A stretch of DNA of 64,000 bases from an uncultured Acidobacteriota bacterium (GCA_963805975.1 CAWDVR010000005.1:448001-512000); one strand, 5' to 3'. Positions 52,976 to 62,771 are shown, numbered from the stretch's first letter. A program made the numbers and translations. The notes: a model not told the origin generated them from the sequence alone.

Positions 52976-53637
52976 GCCAGCCCACCCTGTTCTCGATCGC
53001 CGGCCGCCCGGCGACGCTGGCCGGGCTCGGGGCGCCGCCGGAGCTGGACGAGCTGGTGCCGGGCACCGGCCCCTGGGAGCTGGAGCTGGGCTTCGGCAAG
53101 GGGCGTTACCTGCTGCGCCGCGCTCTCGAGAGCCCGGAGCGCCGCTTCCTCGGCATCGAGATCGCCGCCAAGTACCATCGCGTCCTGGCCTTGCGCGCCG
53201 GCCGCCGCGGGGCCGCCAACCTCGTCGCGGTGCATGGCGATGCGCTCTATCTCCTCTCGGCCGTGCTGCCGCGCCGCTTCGCGGCGGCGGTCCACGTCTA
53301 CCACCCCGACCCCTGGCCCAAGACCCGCCACCACAAGCGCCGGCTCTTCGATCCCGAGACCGTGGACCTGGTGCTCGGCGCGCTGGTGCCCGGCGGGCGG
53401 CTCTTCTTCGGCACCGACTTCCTCGAGTACGGCGAGAGCGTCGTAGAGATCCTGACCGGCTACCCCGGCCTCGCCATCGAGCGCCTACCCGGCGGCTGGC
53501 CCGAGGGCCCGCGCACCAACTACGAGGCCAAGTATGTGGAAGAGGGGAGGCCCATCTTGCGGATCGTGGCGACCCTGCACGAGACAGCGGACCCGCCAGT
53601 GCTGCACCCCGCGGGGGAGGGTGGGGTGACAGGGTAA
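52972..53637 (+). CDS. trmB: tRNA (guanine-N7)-methyltransferase TrmB-like
   Basis: LELGFGKG, FLGIEI, HPDPWPKTRHHKRRL, GTD, RTNYEAKY; start uncertain (CTG overlapping the upstream TGA). Confidence 0.82.
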   Translation: MSQPTLFSIAGRPATLAGLGAPPELDELVPGTGPWELELGFGKGRYLLRRALESPERRFLGIEIAAKYHRVLALRAGRRGAANLVAVHGDALYLLSAVLPRRFAAAVHVYHPDPWPKTRHHKRRLFDPETVDLVLGALVPGGRLFFGTDFLEYGESVVEILTGYPGLAIERLPGGWPEGPRTNYEAKYVEEGRPILRIVATLHETADPPVLHPAGEGGVTG

Positions 53638-53704
53638 TGCGTGGGTACCGCGACAGATCACCCAATGTGTTCCTCGACCAGCAGCGGTCTGCTTGCTTGG
53701 AGAT

Positions 53705-54175
53705 CTACCAGGTTCTGGATGTTGGCTCGGCCAGCACCCTCCGGTAGATCTCTGACCTCATGATCTCCATGTGGCGCTCCGGTGACGCAAGCTCGCTGAA
53801 GCCAGCCTGGCGGTAGAGCCCGTGGGCGTCGCGGGTCACGAGCATCCAGCGCCGAAGGCCCTGCAGGGGTGGGTTTTCCATCACGCAGCGGATCAGCCAC
53901 TTGCCAAGACCTTGCTCGCGGAACTCCTCGAGCACGTAGACGTCGCAGAGGTAGGCGAAGGTCGCCGTGTCGGTGATCACCCGCGCCAGGCCGATCTGCC
54001 TCGCTCCTTCATAGAGCCCGAAGCAGAGCGAGCCCTGGAGCGCGCGCTGCACAGTCTCGAGCGGGATGCCCTCGGACCAGTAGGCGCGAGTCAGATAGGC
54101 GTGAATTGCGTGGGAGTCGAGCAGGGCTGGATCGGTGGAGATCAGGAAGCTGTCGCGGCGGTGCTCTTCGGACAC
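53705..54175 (-). CDS. GNAT family N-acetyltransferase
   Basis: ISTDPALLD...YWS...ARVITD...DVYVLEEFREQGLGK...TRDAHGLY. Confidence 0.9.
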   Translation of the reverse strand: MSEEHRRDSFLISTDPALLDSHAIHAYLTRAYWSEGIPLETVQRALQGSLCFGLYEGARQIGLARVITDTATFAYLCDVYVLEEFREQGLGKWLIRCVMENPPLQGLRRWMLVTRDAHGLYRQAGFSELASPERHMEIMRSEIYRRVLAEPTSRTW

Positions 54176-54328
54176 GACAGATCCTCTCAGCTCTGCCGCA
54201 CCGAGCGTGCGATCCCGCACTGCGCCGCGAAGTACGTGACCAGGATCGCGGCGGTATCGGCGAGGAACTCCCCGCGATGAGTGCGGGAAGCAACTTCGAC
54301 GCTCGCGCCGGGTTGTCCATCGATCGCC

Positions 54329-54970
54329 TCAACTCACCTCGACACCGACCTCGGCCGCCAGGCGCCGCAGTGTCTGCCTCGTCATCTCGGCCGAAACCAG
54401 CCCCTCGGGCAAATAGGCGACGAGGAGGGCCCGCCGCGTCTCCGGCAGCACCTTCACCCGGTGGCCGTCGGTGATCGGCGTGCCGAACGGGCCCTGCGCG
54501 TCGGCCAGGAGCGGCTTGCCTTCGAGGTCGAGCGGCCCGCGCATCGAGTCCAGCACCTCCCCGGCGCGGCCGGCGCGGAAGGTGACGGGCGGCTCGATCG
54601 AGCCCTCGCGGACGATGCAGCTCGGCACCTTCAGGCTGACCGAGAGGCAGTTGTTGAGGTCCACCAGCGGGTGGATCGCCGGCAGCTCCTCGCCCTTGAG
54701 CACGCGGCGGAGCAGCGCCTCGGAGGAAGGGCGGTAGCGCGTCGGGTCGCAGCCCGCGATGCGAAACAGCTTGCGCAGCGCAGCGGCTACCGGGTCCTCG
54801 CCGAGCTTCTCGAGGTTCACCGCCGCCCGCGCCTCGGTGGCGATCCGAGCGCGGCAGGCGGCGACGGCCTCGGTCTTTGCACCCGCGGTGTCGAGCCCGA
54901 ACCAGACGAGCTCCCAGCCGGGAAGCTCGGAAGTGACGGGGAAGGGTGGTGGCAACGAGTCAGCGGGCAT
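54329..54970 (-). CDS. Stand-alone B3/B4 (PheT-like tRNA editing) domain protein
   Basis: DPTRYRPSSEALLRRV...IHPLVDLNNCLS...DAQGPFGTPITD. Confidence 0.85.
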   Translation of the reverse strand: MPADSLPPPFPVTSELPGWELVWFGLDTAGAKTEAVAACRARIATEARAAVNLEKLGEDPVAAALRKLFRIAGCDPTRYRPSSEALLRRVLKGEELPAIHPLVDLNNCLSVSLKVPSCIVREGSIEPPVTFRAGRAGEVLDSMRGPLDLEGKPLLADAQGPFGTPITDGHRVKVLPETRRALLVAYLPEGLVSAEMTRQTLRRLAAEVGVEVS

Positions 54971-56225
54971 TGGTTCCCTCGGCGGGCGGAATTGTACGTG
55001 GGGCCCGGCCGGTCACGCCCTCCTCTTCGAGCGCCCGTATCTCCTCCTCACTCATTCCCAGCATTCCCACGAGCACCTCGCGGTTGTGCGCGCCGACCTC
55101 CGGCCCGGGCCAGTCGGTGCGGCCGGGCGTGCTGCCGAGCTTGGGGGCGAGGGCCGGCAGCTTGAGGGGCCGGCCGCCGACCTCGACCTCCTCGAACAGC
55201 TCGCGGGCCTGGTAGTGCGGGTCGGAGGCCATGTCGGCGACGCTCATCACCGGCCCGGCCGGCACTTGCGCCTCGGCGAGCCGCGCCAGTGCCTCCTCGG
55301 CCGTCAGGCTCGCGCACCAGCCGGCCAGCACCTCGTCGATCTCGCGCTCGTGCTCCACACGGCCGGCGTTGGTGGCAAGGCGCAGCTCACCGGCGAGCTC
55401 CGGCCGGCCGACGGCCTGCATCAGGCGCCGGAAGATGGAGTCGCCGCTGCCGCCGATGACGATCGAGCGGCCGTCACGGGCGCGGTAGAGGTTGGTGGCG
55501 GAGATGCCGGAGATGGTGGTGCCCGAGGGCCCGCGCACCACACCGCAGCGGTCGTGCTCCGGCACCGCGCCCTCCATCATGTTGTAGACCGCCTCGAAGA
55601 TGCCGAGGTCGATGGTCTGGCCGCGGCCGGCCAGCGTGCGGTCACGGGCGAGGAGCGCGAGCAGAATGCCGAGCGCCGCGTGCACGCCGGCCAGCGAGTC
55701 GCCGAGCGAGAGGTTCGAGCGCACCGGCGGCTCGCCCGGCATGCCGGTCACGTGGCGCAGGCCGCCGAACGCCTCGCACACCGACGCGAAGCCAGGCTCG
55801 GCGGACCTGGGCCCGGTCTGGCCGTAGCCCGAGACGCGCGCGACGATCAGCCTTGGGTTCTCTTGCTGAAGCGACTCCGACGCGAGCCCCCACGCCTCGA
55901 GCGTGCCGGGACGGAAGTTCTCGATCAGCACGTCCACCTCGCGCGCCAGGCGCCGCGCGATCTCGCGCCCGCGCTCCTGCCGCAGGTCGAGGGTGATGCA
56001 CTTCTTGTTGCGGCCCAGGCTCCGCCACCAGAGCGAGGTGCCGTCCTCGTCGAGGATCCGCCAGCCCCGCACCGGATCGCCCTGGCCCGGCGGCTCGACC
56101 TTGATCACCTCGGCGCCGAAGTAGGCGAGCAACGTCCCCGCGAACGGCCCGGCCATCAACTGGCCGAGCTCGAGGACGCGGATGCCGTCGAGCGGGCGGG
56201 GGGAGGGAGCAGAAGGCTCCGGCAC
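54960..56225 (-). CDS. CaiB/BaiF (family III) CoA-transferase
   Basis: PLDGIRVLEL..MAGPF, VIKVEPP, RNKKCITLDL, ENFRPG, SGYGQTGP, LGDSLAG. Confidence 0.93.
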   Translation of the reverse strand: MPEPSAPSPRPLDGIRVLELGQLMAGPFAGTLLAYFGAEVIKVEPPGQGDPVRGWRILDEDGTSLWWRSLGRNKKCITLDLRQERGREIARRLAREVDVLIENFRPGTLEAWGLASESLQQENPRLIVARVSGYGQTGPRSAEPGFASVCEAFGGLRHVTGMPGEPPVRSNLSLGDSLAGVHAALGILLALLARDRTLAGRGQTIDLGIFEAVYNMMEGAVPEHDRCGVVRGPSGTTISGISATNLYRARDGRSIVIGGSGDSIFRRLMQAVGRPELAGELRLATNAGRVEHEREIDEVLAGWCASLTAEEALARLAEAQVPAGPVMSVADMASDPHYQARELFEEVEVGGRPLKLPALAPKLGSTPGRTDWPGPEVGAHNREVLVGMLGMSEEEIRALEEEGVTGRAPRTIPPAEGTNAR

Positions 56226-56307
56226 GGGGCGGACAGTATCAGTGGGAGAGGGCACTGTCGGCCTCGCGCTCTCCGTTCCCGGTGTGCTGGAACGGCTGCC
56301 TCGAGCA

Positions 56308-56334
56308 TGTCATCCTGAGCGCAGCGAAGGATCT
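56308..56334 (+). repeat. REP-like palindromic unit, left copy
   Basis: TGTCATCCTGAGCGCAGCGAAGGATCT. Confidence 0.85.
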
Positions 56335-56361
56335 GCAGGAGACATTGAGGGAGGATCGACG

Positions 56362-56856
56362 ATGCGCTCGAAGCTCTGCCGCCGGCTCTTCACCGGCTCG
56401 TTGGTTTGGCTGTTGGCCGCGCCAACCTTGTCCGACGAGCCTGCCGCCATCGACCGCCTCCGCTGGCTCGCCGGCTGCTGGGAGCAGAAAGAGGGCGATC
56501 GATCCGCCGTCGAGCACTGGTTCGCCCCCGCGGGCGGCGCGATGATCGGCGGCAGCCACACGGTCGCGGGTGGCCGGATGGTCACCTACGAGTTTCTGCG
56601 CATCGTGGAGAGGGAAGGAAAGCTCGCCTACATCTCCATTCCCGCCGGCCAGGTCGAGACCGTGTTCGCGCTGGTGGAGCAGACCGACACCTCCGCCCTC
56701 TTCGCCAACCCGGAGCACGACTTTCCGCAGCGCGTTCGCTACCGGCTGGTGAACGAGAGCTCTCTGGAGGCGCAGATCGAAGGCGGCGAAGGAGCGGCGG
56801 AGAAGATCATCCGCTTTCCCATGCGCCGGGTGAGCTGCGAGCCGCTGATGCGCTGA
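56362..56856 (+). CDS. Secreted DUF6265-like protein
   Basis: Signal peptide; LRWLAGCW...EHW...MIG...EFLRI...FANPEHDFPQRVRY; SD GGAGG. Confidence 0.8.
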   Translation: MRSKLCRRLFTGSLVWLLAAPTLSDEPAAIDRLRWLAGCWEQKEGDRSAVEHWFAPAGGAMIGGSHTVAGGRMVTYEFLRIVEREGKLAYISIPAGQVETVFALVEQTDTSALFANPEHDFPQRVRYRLVNESSLEAQIEGGEGAAEKIIRFPMRRVSCEPLMR

Positions 56857-56864
56857 GGCCCGAG

Positions 56865-56891
56865 AGATCCTTCGCTTCGCTCAGGATGACA
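56865..56891 (-). repeat. REP-like palindromic unit, right (inverted) copy
   Basis: AGATCCTTCGCTTCGCTCAGGATGACA; its reverse complement matches the left copy at 26 of 27 nt. Confidence 0.85.
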
Positions 56892-56916
56892 GTGACGCGC
56901 AGCACGGCGGGTGGCG

Positions 56917-58047
56917 TCAGCTCGCCACCGCCAGCCTTGTCGCCGGGGACTGTTCCATTGCCGCCAGATACTCGCGGTCGAAGGCGGCGAGCTGGCTCTC
57001 GAGGTCCGAGTACGGACCCGGCACGTAAGCCGGCGAGGAGACGCCGAGCTGGGTGTTGGCGCAGAGCTCCCAGTCCTGCCGGTTGGTGAGGTCCCAGAAC
57101 TCGATGGCCGGGGCCGGGTCGAAGCCCGGCGCCGCGGCGGCCTCGGGGTGGAAGTACCAGTCGCAGACGATGCGGGTGCGGGTCGTGGCCAGGGCCAGGG
57201 CGCGGTGCACCAGCACGTAGTCCGGGTGGTAAGAGAGGAAGGCGCTGGGAAATACCGTGTAGTAGTAGATCCGTCCCAAGTCTTCGCCGGACAGCCCGGC
57301 GAGAGGCGGCGCGCAGCGGGCTCCGCCCATGCTCATGCTGCCTCCGCCCTCGGCGAGCGTCATCGGCCCTCCCAGGAGCGGCCCCTGGTCGAGGTCGTTG
57401 GTCGAGTTGCGGTAGGGCGTGAGCTTGTTGAGGTGCGGGTGGACCGAAGGGCAGTGGTAGCACTCGCTGTAGTTGTGGAAAAAAAGCTTCCAGTTGGCCT
57501 CGACCTCGTAGACGTTCCGGTGCACTGAGACGAGGTCGGCGAGCCCCCAGCGGCTGAACTTGCCGGGCAGGTCGGGTAGCGAGGACGCGAACGGCTCGGG
57601 GCTCGCCGCGAGGTTCACGAACAGCAGGCCATCGCACTCGGCGAAGTGCGCCGGCAACAGCCCATGGTCGGCCTTGTCGAAGCCCGCGACCTCGGCCATG
57701 TGGGGCGCTCCCAGGAGGCTGCCGTCGAGACCGTAGCTCCAGGCGTGGTACGGGCACTGGATGCCACGCCCCAGCTCGCCCGCCGTCTCGGCGCACAGCC
57801 GGCTGCCACGGTGGCGGCAGACGTTGTGGAAGGCGCGGATCTCGCCCGCCGCGTCGCGCAGCAGGATGACGCTCGCGTGATCCAGCTCGAAGAGGAAGTA
57901 GCTGCCGGGTGTGGCGAGCTGCGAGACGTGGCCGGCGGCGAGCCAGCGCCGGCGGAAGATACGCTCCCGCTCCTTGCGAAAGATCTCCTCGCTGGTGAAG
58001 TACTCGCCTGCCAGGGTGTGTTGGCCGAACGCGGTCCTGGTCTTCAT
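56917..58047 (-). CDS. Rieske non-heme iron oxygenase alpha subunit (GbcA/choline-monooxygenase-like)
   Basis: NVCRHRG...CPYHAWSY Rieske motif, NWK...ECYHCPSVHP mononuclear Fe site, QDWELC. Confidence 0.9.
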   Translation of the reverse strand: MKTRTAFGQHTLAGEYFTSEEIFRKERERIFRRRWLAAGHVSQLATPGSYFLFELDHASVILLRDAAGEIRAFHNVCRHRGSRLCAETAGELGRGIQCPYHAWSYGLDGSLLGAPHMAEVAGFDKADHGLLPAHFAECDGLLFVNLAASPEPFASSLPDLPGKFSRWGLADLVSVHRNVYEVEANWKLFFHNYSECYHCPSVHPHLNKLTPYRNSTNDLDQGPLLGGPMTLAEGGGSMSMGGARCAPPLAGLSGEDLGRIYYYTVFPSAFLSYHPDYVLVHRALALATTRTRIVCDWYFHPEAAAAPGFDPAPAIEFWDLTNRQDWELCANTQLGVSSPAYVPGPYSDLESQLAAFDREYLAAMEQSPATRLAVAS

Positions 58048-58115
58048 GGTGGGGCAGAATTCTACCAGCAGCGATGCTAAGCTCCCGCCGCTCAATTCAG
58101 GCCCACCCCAAGACC

Positions 58116-59306
58116 ATGCCGATCCCGTCGCCGTTCCATCCGCGCACAGCACCCCTCTGCACCAGCTTCCGCTGGAAGGACTGGGCCGGCTACTGCGCCG
58201 TCTCGAGCTACGACACCACGCACGAGCGCGAGTACTTCGCCTTCCGCGAGTCCGCCGGCCTGCTCGACGTGACGCCGCTCTTCAAGTACGAGGTCTACGG
58301 GCCGGACGCCGCGGCGCTCCTCTCGCGCATGATGGTGCGTGACGTGACGAAGCTCAAGGTGGGCCGGGTGACCTACACCTGCTGGTGCGACGACTTCGGC
58401 AAGGTGATCGACGACGGCACAGTTTCCCGTCTCGACGAAGACTATTTCCGCGTCACCGCGGCCGATCCCTCGCTGCACTGGCTCCAGGCCGTGGGCCACG
58501 GCTTTCGCGCCACGGTGGAGGACTCGAGCGCCCGCCTGGCGGCGGTGGCGCTGCAGGGCCCCACGTCGCGCGCGGTGCTCAAGGCGGCGAGCGACGCCGA
58601 CCTCGACGGGCTCAAGTTCTTCGGCGTGACGCGGGCGCGGATCGACGACCTCGAGGTGTGGATCTCCCGCACCGGCTACACCGGCGACCTGGGCTACGAG
58701 GTGTGGGTGGAGAACGGCGGTGCGCTGGCCCTGTGGGACGCGCTGATGGCCGCCGGCAAACCGTACGGCATCGAGCCCGCGGGCCTCGACGCGCTCGACG
58801 TCTCACGGGTCGAGGCCGGCTTCATCCTGCTCGGCGTGGACTACTTCAGCGCCCCGAAAGTAGTGCTCGAGTCCCGCAAGTCGACGCCCTTCGAGCTGGG
58901 GCTCGACTGGACCGTCGCGCTGGACCACGAGCCGTTCATCGGCCGCGACGCGCTCCTCGCCGAGAAGCAGCGCGGCCCGGAGTGGAAGCTCGCCGGGCTC
59001 GAGGTCTCCTGGGAGGCGCTCGAAGCACTCTACGAGAGCTTCGGCCTGCCGCCGTCGCTACCACTCCAGGCGCGGCGCGACGGCCTGCCGGTCTACCTCG
59101 GCGGCAAGCAGGTGGGCAAGGCCACGAGCCATACCTGGTCGCCGATCCTCAAGAAGTACGTGGTGCTCGCCTCGGTGCTCGCGCCGCACGCCGGCCTCGG
59201 CACGCGGCTCGAGCTCGAGCACACGGTGGAATTCGAGCGCCGGCGGGTGCCGGCCACCGTGGTCGAGACGCCGTTTTTCAATCCCGAGCGGAAGCGGAAG
59301 CCCTGA
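58116..59306 (+). CDS. GcvT-family aminomethyltransferase (folate-binding)
   Basis: GLLDVTPL, DDGTV, LQGP, SRTGYTGDLGYEVW, RVEAG, PFFNPERKR. Confidence 0.9.
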   Translation: MPIPSPFHPRTAPLCTSFRWKDWAGYCAVSSYDTTHEREYFAFRESAGLLDVTPLFKYEVYGPDAAALLSRMMVRDVTKLKVGRVTYTCWCDDFGKVIDDGTVSRLDEDYFRVTAADPSLHWLQAVGHGFRATVEDSSARLAAVALQGPTSRAVLKAASDADLDGLKFFGVTRARIDDLEVWISRTGYTGDLGYEVWVENGGALALWDALMAAGKPYGIEPAGLDALDVSRVEAGFILLGVDYFSAPKVVLESRKSTPFELGLDWTVALDHEPFIGRDALLAEKQRGPEWKLAGLEVSWEALEALYESFGLPPSLPLQARRDGLPVYLGGKQVGKATSHTWSPILKKYVVLASVLAPHAGLGTRLELEHTVEFERRRVPATVVETPFFNPERKRKP

Positions 59307-60895
59307 TGACGAAGACTTACGATGCGATCGTGGTCGGCGCCGGGCACAACGGCCTGGTGTGCGCCGCCTACCTCGCGAAGGCTGGGCGCAAGGTGCTGGT
59401 GCTCGAACGGCGGGCCACGGTCGGCGGGGCCACCACCACCGAGGAGATCCACCCCGGCTTCAAGTACTCCTGCTGCTCGTACGTGGTCTCGCTGCTGCGG
59501 CCGTGGATCATCCGCGACCTCGAGCTGCCGAAGCACGGCTACGAGATCCTGCCGCTCGACTCCACGTTCACGCCTTTCCCGGACGGCCGCTATCTCCTGC
59601 GCGACAGCGACCCCGAGCGCACGCGCCGCGCCATCGCCCAGTTCTCGCCGCGCGACGCCGAGGTCTACAAGCAGTTCGGGCAGGCGATGGCCGAGCTGGG
59701 CCGCCTGGTGAAGCCGCTGATCGACGAGCCGGCGCCCGACCCCACCTCGCTCAACCCCCGCGAGCTGGCGCGCATCGCGAAGCTCGCCCGAGGGGTCAGC
59801 GGGCAAGGCGAGAAGTGGCTGGTCGCCAACGTCAAGATGCTCACCATGAGCGCGGTGGACTTCCTCTCCGAGTGGTTCGAGTGCGAAGAGCTCATCGCGC
59901 CGATGGCGGTCTCCGGCATCATCGGTACTTTCCTCGGCATCCGCTCGCCCGGCACCGCCTACGTGCTGCTCCACCACTACATGGGCGAGATCGACGGCTC
60001 CTACCGCGCCTGGGGCCTGCCCAAGGGCGGCACGGGCTCGATCGCCTACGCGATCGCCAGCGCCGCCCGCGGCCTGGGGGTCGAGATCCGCACCGGCTCT
60101 CCCGTGGCACAGATCCTGGTGGAAGGCGGCAAGGCTTCCGGCGTGGTGCTCGAGAACGGCGACGAGATCCGCGCCCGGGCCGTGGTCTCCGGCGCCGACC
60201 CGCACCGCACCTTCCTCGGCCTGGTGGGCGACCGGCACCTCGAGCCCGAGTTCGCGCGCCAGGTGCGGCGCTTCAAGATGCGCGGCTCCTCCGGCAAGGT
60301 GAACCTCGCGCTCGACGGCCTGCCCGACTTCTCCTGCCTGCCCGGCGAAGGCCCGCATTTGAAGGGCGACATCACCATCGCGCCCTCGATCGACTATCTC
60401 GAGCGCGCCTACGACGACGCCAAGTACGGCCGCTTCTCCACGCGGCCCTTCATGGACATCGTGATCCCGTCGCTCACCGACCCGACGGTCGCCCCGCCGG
60501 GCAAGCACGTGATGTCGATCTTCGTGCAGTACGCGCCCTACCACCTGAAGGAAGGGGCCGCGAGCTGGCCAGAGCACCGCGAGGCGTTCGGCGACGCGGT
60601 GATCGACACGCTCTCCGAGTACGTCCCGAACCTGAAGAGCCTGATCCTCCACCGCCAGGTGCTGACCCCCTGGGACCTGGAGCAGATCTACGGCCTCACC
60701 GAGGGCAACATCTTCCACGGTGAGCTGTCGCTCGAGCAGCTAGCCTTCCTGCGTCCGGTGGCCGGCTGGAGCCGCTACAAGACGCCGATCCACGACCTCT
60801 GGATGTGCGCCTCCGGCACCCACCCCGGCGGCGGCATCATGGGTGCTCCGGGAGCGCTCTGCGCGCGCACCATGCTCCACTCGCGGGCCGTATGA
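59306..60895 (+). CDS. FAD-dependent oxidoreductase, phytoene-dehydrogenase/PYROXD2-like (copy 1)
   Basis: VVGAGHNGLVCAAYLA, EEIHPGF, YVLLHHYMG, APPGKH, TPWDLE...GNIFHG, SGTHPGGGIMGAPG. Confidence 0.9.
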   Translation: MTKTYDAIVVGAGHNGLVCAAYLAKAGRKVLVLERRATVGGATTTEEIHPGFKYSCCSYVVSLLRPWIIRDLELPKHGYEILPLDSTFTPFPDGRYLLRDSDPERTRRAIAQFSPRDAEVYKQFGQAMAELGRLVKPLIDEPAPDPTSLNPRELARIAKLARGVSGQGEKWLVANVKMLTMSAVDFLSEWFECEELIAPMAVSGIIGTFLGIRSPGTAYVLLHHYMGEIDGSYRAWGLPKGGTGSIAYAIASAARGLGVEIRTGSPVAQILVEGGKASGVVLENGDEIRARAVVSGADPHRTFLGLVGDRHLEPEFARQVRRFKMRGSSGKVNLALDGLPDFSCLPGEGPHLKGDITIAPSIDYLERAYDDAKYGRFSTRPFMDIVIPSLTDPTVAPPGKHVMSIFVQYAPYHLKEGAASWPEHREAFGDAVIDTLSEYVPNLKSLILHRQVLTPWDLEQIYGLTEGNIFHGELSLEQLAFLRPVAGWSRYKTPIHDLWMCASGTHPGGGIMGAPGALCARTMLHSRAV

Positions 60896-60905
60896 GGACG
60901 ATGCC

Positions 60906-62441
60906 ATGAGCTTCGACGTCATCGTCCTCGGCGGCGGGCAGAACGGCCTGGCCGCTGCGGCGCGCCTCGCCGGTGCCGGCCGGCGCGTGCTGATCGTCGA
61001 GCAACGCGCGGCCGTCGGCGGCTTGTGCGCGGCGGAGGAGCTCCACCCCGGCTACACGGTGCCCGGCGTGCTGCACGACGAAGGGCTGCTCTCGCCGGAG
61101 ATCGCCAGGCGGCTCGGTCTCGAGCGCCACGGCCTGGCCTTCGAGGAAGCGCCGCCCGTCTATCTCGCGGAGACCGGCGGACCGGGCATCCTGCTGCACC
61201 GGGACCCGCGGGCCGCGCACGACGAGCTGGCCGTGCGCTCACCGCGCGACGCCGCGGCCTATGTGCGTTATCGCGCTTTCCTCGGCCGGGTGACGCCGCT
61301 CCTCGCCGGCGTGCTCGCCGCTCCGCCGCCGCCGCTCACGCCCACCGCGGGCGACTTCCTGCGCCTGGCGCGCCATGGGCTCGCGGCGTGGAAGCTCGGG
61401 CGCAAGGAGACGACCGAGCTGGCGCGAGTGGCGCCCATGTGCGTGGCCGACTTCCTCAACGAGCAGTTCGAGACGCCGCTCCTGGTCGAGGGTCTGGCCG
61501 CCCCGGCCGTGGCCTCCACCTTCGCGGGCCCATGGTCCTCCGGCACCACCACCAACCTCCTGCTCCACGAGTGCGGCCCCGGCACCGCGATCCGCGGCGG
61601 CCCGCCGGCCCTCGTCGCAGCGTTGCTGGCCGCGGCGAAGGCGGCCGGCGCCGAGGTGCGCACCGGGGCACGGGTCGCGCGGATCCGCATCGTGGGGGGG
61701 CGCGTCACCGGCGTGGAGCTGGCGACCGGCGAGGTCATCGAGGCCGCGGCGGTGGTCGCCACCTGCGACCCCAAGCAGGCCTTCCTGAAGCTCACCGCGC
61801 CCGGCGTGCTGCCGCTCACCATCGAAGAGGAGCTGCGTCGCGTGCGCAGCCGTGGGACCGCGGCAAAGGTCCATCTGGCGCTCTCCGGGCCGCTGGATCT
61901 GGGGCGCCCCGGCGAGCATTTCGCGGCGATCCGCATCGGCGGCGGCCACGTGGACGAGCTGGAGCGCGCCTTCGACGCGGTGAAGTACCGCCGGTTCTCC
62001 GCCCGCCCGCACCTCGAGATCCGGGTGCCCACCGTCACACAGCCAGAGCTGGCACCGGCCGGTCATCACGTGGTGTCGATCCTGGTGAGCTTCGCGCCCT
62101 ACGAGCTCGAGGGCGGTTGGAACGAGGCGCAGCGCCAGGCCCTGGCAGAAGCCGTGCTCGGAGTCCTGGAGCAGCACGCGCCGGGGGTGCGGCAGAAGAT
62201 CGTGGCGCGGCAAGTGCTGACGCCTGCCGACCTCGAAGAGCGCTACGCCCTGACCGGCGGCCACCTCCACCACGCCGAGCGGGCGCTGGACCAGCTAATC
62301 GTCCTGCGCCCCACGGCCTCCACGGCACGCTACAAGACCGCGGTGCCCGGCCTCTTCCTCGGCGGCAGCGGCAGCCACCCCGGCGGCGGTGTCAACCCCA
62401 CCCCGGGCCTGCTGGCGGCGGAGGCGGTGCTGGCGGGGTAG
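60906..62441 (+). CDS. FAD-dependent oxidoreductase, phytoene-dehydrogenase/PYROXD2-like (copy 2, divergent)
   Basis: VLGGGQNGL, EELHPGY, APAGHH, TPADLE...GGHLHH, GSHPGGG. Confidence 0.87.
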   Translation: MSFDVIVLGGGQNGLAAAARLAGAGRRVLIVEQRAAVGGLCAAEELHPGYTVPGVLHDEGLLSPEIARRLGLERHGLAFEEAPPVYLAETGGPGILLHRDPRAAHDELAVRSPRDAAAYVRYRAFLGRVTPLLAGVLAAPPPPLTPTAGDFLRLARHGLAAWKLGRKETTELARVAPMCVADFLNEQFETPLLVEGLAAPAVASTFAGPWSSGTTTNLLLHECGPGTAIRGGPPALVAALLAAAKAAGAEVRTGARVARIRIVGGRVTGVELATGEVIEAAAVVATCDPKQAFLKLTAPGVLPLTIEEELRRVRSRGTAAKVHLALSGPLDLGRPGEHFAAIRIGGGHVDELERAFDAVKYRRFSARPHLEIRVPTVTQPELAPAGHHVVSILVSFAPYELEGGWNEAQRQALAEAVLGVLEQHAPGVRQKIVARQVLTPADLEERYALTGGHLHHAERALDQLIVLRPTASTARYKTAVPGLFLGGSGSHPGGGVNPTPGLLAAEAVLAG

Positions 62442-62456
62442 AAGGCGAGATGCGGC

Positions 62457-62771
62457 TCAGCGCACGTCGAGCGCCGCCTTCAGGGCTAGGTTCAGCTCCT
62501 CGATCTTCTGAGCGTCACAAGCACCCATCAGGCGTTTCAGGCGCTGCCGCGGGATCGTCAGGATGTTGTCGAGGTTGGCAACGCATCGAGCAGGTAAGCC
62601 TTGCTGTCGACCGAGCACAACCTCGGTAGAAAGCTCGCGCACAGTTCGAGTTACTAGGCAGACAACGATCGAGGCAATTGACGGAAGAACCGCATCTCGA
62701 GTGAGAATCACAACCGGTCGGCTACCGGCCGGCGCCGGGAGGTCCGCCCACCAGACCTCTCCGCGTCTCAC
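62457..62771 (-). CDS. mazF: PemK/MazF family toxin
   Basis: RRGEVWWADLPAPAGSRPVVILTRD...NLDNILTI. Confidence 0.9.
   Translation of the reverse strand: MRRGEVWWADLPAPAGSRPVVILTRDAVLPSIASIVVCLVTRTVRELSTEVVLGRQQGLPARCVANLDNILTIPRQRLKRLMGACDAQKIEELNLALKAALDVR

Noticed and set aside
54186-54325. Possible gene remnant between the B3/B4 and GNAT genes (…EFLADTAAILVTYFAAQCG…)
   Set aside because: It is too short, has no start in that frame and matches no family I recognise.
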